From positions 1,751,817-1,813,099 of the forward strand of contig NC_069001.1 of assembly GCF_001194135.2 (NCBI RefSeq): 61,283 nt of DNA, in the 5' to 3' direction. This DNA comes from Octopus bimaculoides. Taxonomy: Eukaryota. The notes under the pieces are model-generated. The model was not told where the DNA came from, did not search any database, and was given only the letters and a program-made list of their open reading frames with translations. Position numbers and translations under genes: made by a program. Positions 39,950 through 49,588 of this stretch are shown here, piece by piece. How positions within the stretch are numbered: the first letter of the stretch is position 1; the number at the start of each line of letters is the position of its first letter.

Positions 39950-40550
39950 GCATTGCAAATGGAAACACCACAAAGTCAGGACTCCTGCTTATTGGTACAA
40001 ACTGAGCCAGTCGTTGAAGGTAAGAATGTCACTATCCTCTGGGATAGTCAACACTGACAGAACTATCTAAGCTAATCGACCAGACATAATAATTAAAGAC
40101 AGAGAAGAAAATAATTGTACACTAATAGATGTAAGTGTTCCTACTGATAAAAACATTTATGTCAAGGAATTTGACAAACTATGCAAATATAAGGACCTGG
40201 AAATTGAAATACAAAAGGTGTGGCATCTTAAAGCGGGAGCTGTTCCTGTTATTGTAGGTGCCCTAGGTATAATGAGAAAGGGTTGTTAGAAACATCTAGA
40301 TAAGATCCCAGGAGAACCATGTCTCAGAGAAATCCAAAAGATTGTACTGACAAGCACTGCATACATCCTTAGAAAAACCCTATCCATTTAAATGTCTGTG
40401 TTGCATTACATGAAGATATTTCACTACTGCCCTTCCACAAGCTTTCAGTCATATTCTAACATCTCTTATCCTTCACTCGCCCCAGGACGGTGGATGTGTC
40501 TCGGCAAGTGACTGTAACAAAGATGCGGATTAAAAGTAATAATAATAATA
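39950..40550 (+). mobile_element. R4/Dong-clade non-LTR retrotransposon 3' fragment (restriction-like endonuclease)
   Basis: EPVVEGKNVTILWD...NRPDIIIKDREENNCTLIDVSVPTDKN...KYKDLEIEIQKVW...VPVIVGALG with stops, then a 3' UTR and (TAA)n tail. Confidence 0.85.
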
Positions 40551-40584
<34 letters not shown>

Positions 40585-40972
40585 CAATACTGATAACTTT
40601 TGCTAAATAGAAAACATTAAAAGAAGTTCTGTTTAAAAAGTAATGAAATATTGTCAAGCAGAAATGCAAACTAATTAAGTTGGAAAATCTTTCCATAGTA
40701 ACCATGTTTTAATTACTAATGTGTGTGTGTGTGTGTGCATGCGTGTACTTATATACACACATGGATCTATGCAACTTTCTGATGTGTATGTGTGTATGTG
40801 CATATATATGTGTGTATGTATGTATGCATGTATGTATGTATGTATGTATATATATATATGTATATACACATACACCCATAATAAGTATATGCATTTAAAG
40901 ATACATGCACATATACATGTGAAGATATATATATCATCATCATCATCGCCATCATCGTTTAATGTCCACTTT

Positions 40973-41387
40973 CTGAAGATCATGTTGGGTGCCCAGAAGT
41001 CTCCTGTTATATCGTTTGGTGGCAGGTGAGGATATAATCCACCCTGATATCCTTCTCGTTTCGTATTTTAAACAGTATTTTTTCAATATAGGTGATACCA
41101 TGGCCGAGTGGTTAAGAAGCTTGCTTTACAACCAGTGGTGTCAGGTTCAACCTCACTGTGTAGCACATGGGTTAAGAGTCTTTTATTATAGCCCTGGGCT
41201 GACCAAAGCCTTGTCAGTGGATACAGAAGAAGGAAATTGTGTAGAAGCTCTTTTCTTTCTTCTTCCGTTCTTTTTCTTTCTCATTCTTTTGCCTCCTTTC
41301 TTCTTCTTCTCCTTCTTTCTCCTCTTTCCTTCTTCTTCTCTACTACCTCAACCACAGTCCAGCAACTTCAACAACAATAAAGGTCCC
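40973..41387 (+). pseudogene. Inverted, near-identical copy of DPP7 exon 3 3' part + intron 3
   Basis: Matches the reverse complement of 6538-6943 with 7 substitutions and one 9-nt indel; runs into an N-gap at 41388. Confidence 0.9.
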
Positions 41388-42080
41388 NNNNNNNNNNNNN
41401 NNNNNNNNNNNNNNNNNNNNNNNNNNNNNNNNNNNNNNNNNNNNNNNNNNNNNNNNNNNNNNNNNNNNNNNNNNNNNNNNNNNNNNNNNNNNNNNNNNNN
41501 NNNNNNNNNNNNNNNNNNNNNNNNNNNNNNNNNNNNNNNNNNNNNNNNNNNNNNNNNNNNNNNNNNNNNNNNNNNNNNNNNNNNNNNNNNNNNNNNNNNN
41601 NNNNNNNNNNNNNNNNNNNNNNNNNNNNNNNNNNNNNNNNNNNNNNNNNNNNNNNNNNNNNNNNNNNNNNNNNNNNNNNNNNNNNNNNNNNNNNNNNNNN
41701 NNNNNNNNNNNNNNNNNNNNNNNNNNNNNNNNNNNNNNNNNNNNNNNNNNNNNNNNNNNNNNNNNNNNNNNNNNNNNNNNNNNNNNNNNNNNNNNNNNNN
41801 NNNNNNNNNNNNNNNNNNNNNNNNNNNNNNNNNNNNNNNNNNNNNNNNNNNNNNNNNNNNNNNNNNNNNNNNNNNNNNNNNNNNNNNNNNNNNNNNNNNN
41901 NNNNNNNNNNNNNNNNNNNNNNNNNNNNNNNNNNNNNNNNNNNNNNNNNNNNNNNNNNNNNNNNNNNNNNNNNNNNNNNNNNNNNNNNNNNNNNNNNNNA
42001 TATATATATATATAATTATATATATATATAATTGACTGGCCTTCTTCCCCAAAATTTCAGGCCTTATGCTTATAGTAGAA

Positions 42081-42124
<44 letters not shown>

Positions 42125-42329
42125 GGGAATGAGCTGACAGAACTATTAGCATGCCAGGCAAAAATGCTTAGCAGTATTTCATCCATCTCTACATTGTGAG
42201 TTCAAATTCCACCAAGGTCGACTTTACCTTGCATTCTTTCTGGGTCTATAAAATAAGTACCAGTTGAACATTGGGATCTATGTAATTCTCCCCCAAAATT
42301 GCTGGCCTTGTACCAAATTTGAAATTATT

Positions 42330-42990
42330 TATTATTATTATTATTATTTTCCCTGGGAGGCGGGGTGACTTTTCCTTTTATCACTTACAATCACTTGCTG
42401 AGACACAGCCTGCATCCTAGGGTGAGTGAAAGATGAGAGATGTTACAGTATGACCTGAAAGCTTGGGGAGGGGAAGTGGCAGGGGGCAGTAGCAAAATAT
42501 TTTCATGTAATACAACACAGACATTTAATTGGATGGTGTTTTTATAAGAATGTGGGCAGTACTTGCCAGCACAATCTTTTGGATTTCTCTGAGACATGGT
42601 TCTCCTGGGATGTTGTCAAGATGTTTCTGACATCCCTTTTTTATCATATCTAGAGCACTAATAATAACAGGAACAGTTCTTGCTTTAAGATGCCACAGCT
42701 TTTATATTTCAATTTCCAGGTCCTTATATTTACTTAATTTATGAAATTCCTCTACAGCTATATTTTTATCAGTGGGAACACTCACATCTATTAGTCTACA
42801 AGTATTTTCTTCCCTGTCTTTAATAATTATGTTTGATTGATTAGCCTGGATCATTCTGTCGGTGTTGACTGGAAAATACTAGAGGATAGTGACATTTTTA
42901 CCTTCAACCACTGGCTCATTTTGAAGAACATTAGCCTGAGTAGTTTCTGGTAGGTTAAAGACTAAACATTGATACTGGTAGCAAGGACTA
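42330..42990 (-). mobile_element. Second R4/Dong 3' fragment, inverted relative to the first
   Basis: Reverse complement aligns with 39995-40530 (roughly 85% by eye) and also ends in (TAA)n. Confidence 0.82.
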
Positions 42991-44080
42991 AAGATTGTTG
43001 TGTTGTAGAGTGTGATTATCATGATAAAAGCAGCACTGACAATTATTGTGATAATTAAGACGATGATGATGATGATTGATGGTGGCGGGGAGGAGAAGGA
43101 TTGAGAAGACAATACTGGTGATTATGATGTTTATGATGATGATGATAATGATGGTGACAATTATTGCAGAAATGATGGTCATGGTGGTGGTGGTGACAGC
43201 AGCTGTAGTAGTAGTTGTTACGGTGGTAGTTGGGGTGATGATGACGATGATGATGACGACGACGGTGGTGATGGTAGTGGTGATAATGGTGATGATGATG
43301 GTGATGATGGTGTTGATGATGATGACGACGATGATAATGGTGATGATGATAGTGATGAGGTGATGGTGATGATGATGATGGTGACAGTAATGGTGATGAT
43401 GGTGCTGTATCCTTCACTTTCACACTCCACTCCCTGGCATTATTCATCGGTAAATTCCTCACAGACAGGAAACAGCCACATTAATTCTCATTCCATGAAA
43501 ATACCTTCACCAAAGAGCTTCTTCCTTGTTGTCATGGCAACACACAGTCTGTATTGTTACAGCCTCTCTTAGCAATCTATACAGCAACCGACCATCACTG
43601 TCATGGCTATACCACCACCACCACCACCACCACCACCACCGCCACAACCACCACCACCACAACCACCACCACCACAACCNNNNNNNNNNNNNNNNNNNNN
43701 NNNNNNNNNNNNNNNNNNNNNNNNNNNNNNNNNNNNNNNNNNNNNNNNNNNNNNNNNNNNNNNNNNNNNNNNNNNNNNNNNNNNNNNNNNNNNNNNNNNN
43801 NNNNNNNNNNNNNNNNNNNNNNNNNNNNNNNNNNNNNNNNNNNNNNNNNNNNNNNNNNNNNNNNNNNNNNNNNNNNNNNNNNNNNNNNNNNNNNNNNNNN
43901 NNNNNNNNNNNNNNNNNNNNNNNNNNNNNNNNNNNNNNNNNNNNNNNNNNNNNNNNNNNNNNNNNNNNNNNNNNNNNNNNNNNNNNNNNNNNNNNNNNNN
44001 NNNNNNNNNNNNNNNNNNNNNNNNNNNNNNNNNNNNNNNNNNNNNNNNNNNNNNNNNNNNNNNNNNNNNNNNNNNNNNNN

Positions 44081-44410
44081 GACCACATCACCTCTAACGT
44101 CTGGCCACCTAACTCCCCAGACTGCAACCCCCTTGATTATTATGCATGGGGTACACAGTTGAGCAAGAGACCAACAAAACTCCTTGTAACACTAAAGGTG
44201 AAATGAAGGCAAGGATTATGGCAGCATTCACCAACTTAAACAAGGAGACTGTCCAGATGAGTGCAGGAGATTCCAAAGTGGTCTGGAGGCCATGGTTGAA
44301 GCCAATGGCGATTTTATTGAATAAATTTACTCTTTAGTATTTCATGATATTTTTATGTAATTTTGGTAAATATATCTGTTAAAATGAGATGTCAGTGTTA
44401 TTTTCTTTTC
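44081..44410 (+). mobile_element. Tc1/mariner transposase 3' remnant
   Basis: WPPNSPDCNPLDYYAWG...RRFQSGLEAMVEANGDFIE* read across frameshifts. Confidence 0.8.
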
Positions 44411-45509
44411 TGCCTCCTTCTCTCCTTCTCTTCCTCTAACCCTGCCGTCTCCATTTGTATATATTTTCACACACCACCTCAAATTACAATACATTTGCCT
44501 TTACTTTGAAACTGGGCAAATCAAACCAAGGGATATAACTCTGGAAGCCGTTGCACTTGAACTGTTTCCACCCAAGCGTATTTCTCCTTTGTTTCCGTTC
44601 CGGTTGGGCTGAATCCATGGAGTTTGTTGTCACCATCAGCCTTCAGCTTAATCGCTATAGTCTTTCAGTTGATTATGCTGGATCGTTGTTTAATCATGCT
44701 TAAATGCTTAGATAAACATGATTCCACCTGAAACCAGGAACTTTATGTTGCTGATAACATCTTTTGTTCTTTGGGTGGAATCTGACGTAATAGAATCAGA
44801 AGACCAGCAAGAAGAAACGAAGAACGAATTAATCCTTGCAAATAAGATCAAATCAAATCAAACAGAACGATCGCTCAGAGGTGAAAGACTATTTGTTGTA
44901 GATAACGAAATTATTTGCAATGGAGATGTTTGGAATTCCTACAATCTTGCGATTTCCGTCTGTGATGCCGTGGCAACTCGCATCGTAATAAAAAACAAAC
45001 ACAGATATAATAATAATAATTATTATATTTGTACATCGATGAGATCAGATGAATCCAATAATGGTAAAATAATGTTTCAAATCAGTCCAAAAACGTTTGT
45101 ACGTTCATTCGTTTTAGCGGTGAAGTTTTTTTAGGAAGATATTCAGTGTTTCCATTGCAATTTTAGGGGGTACACTTACACCCCCACCTCTCGAACTGTT
45201 GGGGAAGCTTGGTGGCCTGAATGTTGGAGGTTGTTAGAAATTGCTTTAAATACTGTTAGGATTGAACTTATGATAGAAGGCTCTCGAACATACTTGTTTG
45301 CTGTTCTTTAATCTGTCTTCACCCTTGGTTTTTTTTTTTATTAAAAAAATTGCAGTTTTGAAACATATAGGTGTGTGTGTGTACACATGCACATATATAT
45401 AGAGAGATATATGCATGTGTGTGTGTGTGTGTGCATGTATATAGATAGATATGTGTGTGCATATACACATAGAGATAGATAGACAGACAGACTGATAGAT
45501 AGGTGTGCG

Positions 45510-45594
<85 letters not shown>

Positions 45595-46046
45595 AGACTC
45601 TTACAGCTCCAGGAGATCAAACTGATTGCAAAAAACGAAATAAAGAAAGACACGAACATTGCAAATACATAAACATCTAAAGACAAGGTGAATGATCTGG
45701 AAATTTATAATCGTAAGAAATAAAACCAGCAAATATCAAACATTTAACGATGGCCAATGTTTATTTTAAATGTCCAAAGAGACTTTTTCAGATGCTGTTG
45801 TTTTCTCTTTTATAATTCTTTTATTTTATATATTGCTTTTTTTTTTTGCTTGATATAGAGACTGGCTTCAATTTCTTCGTTTTTTTTTTGTCATTTTGTG
45901 TTGTTAAGAATCTTGCTTTTCAGCCGCATTGTTTTGGTTTCAGTTCCACTGCATTGCACCTCCTTGGGACAGCATCTTCTGCTATAACTCTGGTGGAGCG
46001 GTGGTGGTGCTGACTAACGTCTTGTCAGTGATATATATATATAATA

Positions 46047-46250
46047 TAGGATGTGGTGAATAAACTGTCGTCTAAATTACGCAAACATGAAAATAACACT
46101 GACATCTCATTTTAACAGATATATTTACCAAAATTACATAAAAATATCTTGAAATACTAAAGAGTAAATTAATTTCTATAAAGTCATTATTTGCTTCAAC
46201 CACAGCCTCCAGACGAGTTTGGAATCTCCTGCAACTCTTCTGGACGGTCT
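46047..46250 (-). mobile_element. Tc1/mariner 3' end with TIR, same family as 44081-44410, inverted
   Basis: SCRRFQTRLEAVVEANNDFIE; terminal taggatgtggtgaataaactg next to TA. Confidence 0.75.
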
Positions 46251-46685
46251 TTCCAAAGTATTTAATAGGGTTTTCCTCTATCGATGGAATGGCCTTTCCT
46301 TCCACTCGTAGCCGGATTTTGTTGGTTACTTTGCCCCTCCCTGATCACCATGCTCGTTGATTTTGGGGTCTTATACCTCATTCTTGCCCATATCACCACG
46401 TCTTAGTGAAGTCAGCACTCTTTCTGCATCCACATGCGTTGTAGTTGTTACCATAACATCATCTATGAAGCCCCTTATTGGGTGCTGACAGCTGCCTGGT
46501 TCTGCTGTTCCTCCTTGTGCTCTCTATCAGCGGTTGATATGAAGAGGGTCGTACCATAATGACAAGAATGGGGGAAATCGTGCACCTAGCTATGATTCCT
46601 TTCTCAAGGTCTTGCCACCGAGTTGTAAAATGGACTGTTCTGAAACGTAACTGGATGCCTCGAAAGTAATTGCTGATTATTCCCT
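46251..46685 (-). mobile_element. HERO/R2-superfamily reverse transcriptase remnant
   Basis: FTTRWQDLEKGIIARCTISPIL...PIRGFIDDVMVTT...WARMRYKTPKS...IPSIEENPIKYFGK, frameshifted. Confidence 0.75.
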
Positions 46686-46813
46686 TAATTAGAAATGTAA
46701 AAATTAATTTTTATTTGATAATGAGTATTTAAACACTAGCCTCAAAGTGATTGCGTCAATAATAAATGTGACAAGATTTTCATTCCAGCCTAATACACAC
46801 ACACATACACACT

Positions 46814-46912
<99 letters not shown>

Positions 46913-47393
46913 TTGTGCAGCCTCCGGGTTTGCTAGTCCTCAGTTAAAAGCGTCCAACCCATGCCAGCCTGGAAAGTGGACATTAAATGATGATGATAAT
47001 GATGTACACACACTATTTTATTTCAGACTTGAACACGACAAGTAATATCGTTTTCTCAAATGGTGATCTGGATCCTTGGCACCGTGGTGGGGTAAGTACA
47101 TGTTTCCTTATGTTAAGCTATGGTTTAAAAACCTAAAAGGAATAATTGTATAATGAATGGTTGAGCCATTTGCAGAGAAGCCACACACACATGCACACAT
47201 ATATACATATATGTATATAATGTATGTATATATATATATATATATACATATGCACACACACATGTAAATTAACTGAATTCAATTGACTCATACCATACAT
47301 TTCACAGTTATCCCAGTGGAGTTAGGATGATGGATGATGACTCAGCTACTTTAACTGGTGAAAGTGTCTTCTGCTATTTGTATCCCACACCAC

Positions 47394-47424
<31 letters not shown>

Positions 47425-47882
47425 ATCATTCAAATTCAATTAATATTACATGGGAAGAGGTTAAGATAGAGGTCTATTACAAGTTTGGAAGTGAGAGGAA
47501 AACCTATCCTGAAGAACGCCAGGTAAGGGAGGTAACTCTTGTTGACTCCGTGGCCAAGATGCAGTTTAAAAGAACAGAAAATATGCCTCTGTTACTTACT
47601 TCCTGCTCGTGTGACAAATAATAGGTAAAATGTTACTCTGGCTTGGTTGAATAGTTCGTAAGTTCATATTCTATCACGGGGTAGTGATGTCCTCGCTGAA
47701 ATGTTGGCGCTATGACAATTGTAAATCAGGTGAAACAGCAAAAACAAATGTCTAATCGTCTTATTTATGCAAGATACATTTTCAGAATGAGTCGCTTCTT
47801 GCTCAAAATAACAAATAAAATTTCTTTTTCTTCTCAATATATTACACTTTTGTTTTCTTTTCTTCTTATATTGTTACTTAAA
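46685..47882 (+). pseudogene. Inverted, older DPP7 duplicate relic: intron 9 end + exon 10 copy (47027-47091) + intron 10 pieces
   Basis: 65-nt exon copy with intact tttcag/gtaagt encodes DLNTTSNIVFSNGDLDPWHRGG (4 substitutions vs 2097-2161). Flanks 46685-46800 and 47795-47882 align by eye with the reverse complement of about 2165-2300 and 600-700. Confidence 0.85.
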
Positions 47883-49479
47883 GTGGATGTTAAAATGATT
47901 TCAAGTCTTGCCTGGGACTAAACAACAGCATCCCATCTTTCCTTTTGGCTTTATATATCTAGGACTCTTTCATCCAATTGAATCGCCAAGTTTTAACCCC
48001 TTCGCACTGAAATTGGCCATCTCTGGCCCCCAAAGATTCTATTATATGCTCAAACCAGCTCAATACAGGATCTCGTGTGTATGCTGCAATGTCATTGTAA
48101 AAATAAACAATCACATCATTGAAATCATGAAGCTATGTATGAGATAATGCAGGATTAATTCCAAAATAATATGTGGAATTAACAGAATCACAACCTTCCT
48201 CCCTCTTCGGAGAAGTTTTATCCCAACAAATAAGAAAGTATTATGAAAAGAAAGGGGACAAATTGGGGGGGAGGGAGGTAGGAGATAGCAGAGAGAGATA
48301 GGATAGGGGGAGGGAGATTAAAAGGGAAAGACAGAAGGGGAGAGAGAGAGAGAGAAAGGGGGGAGAGAATAAAGAGGGAGAGACAAGAGAGAGAGAATGT
48401 AGAAAGAGAGAGGGGGAGAGAGAAAATAAGCCTGAGAGAAGGAGGAAAAAGGAGAGGGTGAAGGTTTTTTTTTTTTTTTACAGTCACAGCTTTTGAAATT
48501 TTGAAATTAAGTGAAAATGTTCGAATTTCGTATGTTGAATCTGATTTTGTTATTCACTTATTCCAGAAAAAAAAATTAAGAAAATGTTACAGATGTTTAA
48601 AACAATTGGAAGAAAATTAAACAAAAATAGAAAATTATGACAGTAACAGAAATGATCCAATTCTATTTTAAAATATTTATTTTAATGAAAATTATGAGAA
48701 AGTCGATGTAATCTGCGTTGTTTAAAACATAAAATCCAAAGAAATTGCACTTTGGGGTGCGCTAGTTAATTTCCGACTCTATTGTATAGGAATACTATAT
48801 GAAGTAAATGTGTGAGAGGAAATAGAGAAAATGAGAGGATACAGATAAACAGAAAGAGAGGGAGATTAGAGGGAGGTGGGGTGGTTAATGAGAAAACCAT
48901 TTTCAACCTAAGAGTGGGCGTTGTGATACAATTATAAACATACCAAGTTAACTCCCCACTACTATAAGAACTCTCTTGTAATCCTACATAACAAAACCCG
49001 CAGTTATCTCCCCCTCGTCGTGTTTACAAACTGCGTCGAAATCTGGATTAAAAGGAAATCGCCGACATCAAAGAGGAAAATGTAGCGACTTTAAGGATTT
49101 AAAATCCTGCTATGTCGCTACATGGGATACGTTGAAAGAGCGATCAAACTGTGGTTTGATTCTCACTACATCGATTTTGCTACCCTTTTTCTCATACCAT
49201 AGCTGTTCATATCCTGTTCGATCCCTCCTTCAATCAGCTCAATTTCCTTGATTGTAAAGAACGGAGATTTATCCACCAAAGCCTGTTTCTCTCCTTCTCT
49301 TCGAACCGATCAAGCAAACGTTTTGCCTAGGTTCCAAAATATATTTATACTATATATATATTTGTGGATTATTCTATCAGCAATTCCTCAATTCTTCCTT
49401 CTAACTCAACAGTATATTTTCACAAACACTCACACACACACACGCATAACTACCAATATTAACCATTAAACATTCCAAC

Positions 49480-49588
49480 ATGATCAAGCTGTCCGACTTG
49501 CCTTTCTGTCGCGCCTATATCATCATCCGGGCTGTCCACACGGCTCTTGTTATTGGAGTACCCCTCGTTTTAATCACACAAGACACGG
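49480..49588 (+). CDS. ZDHHC12: ZDHHC12-like palmitoyltransferase exon 1 of 5
   Basis: MIKLSDLPFCRAYIIIRAVHTALVIGVPLVLITQDT resembles ZDHHC12 [21 protein letters not shown]. gtaagt donor, phase 1. Confidence 0.82.

Noticed and set aside
42389-42454. Minus-strand segment with good acceptor and gtaagt donor
   Set aside because: Stops in all three frames, and it lies within the R4/Dong 3' UTR.
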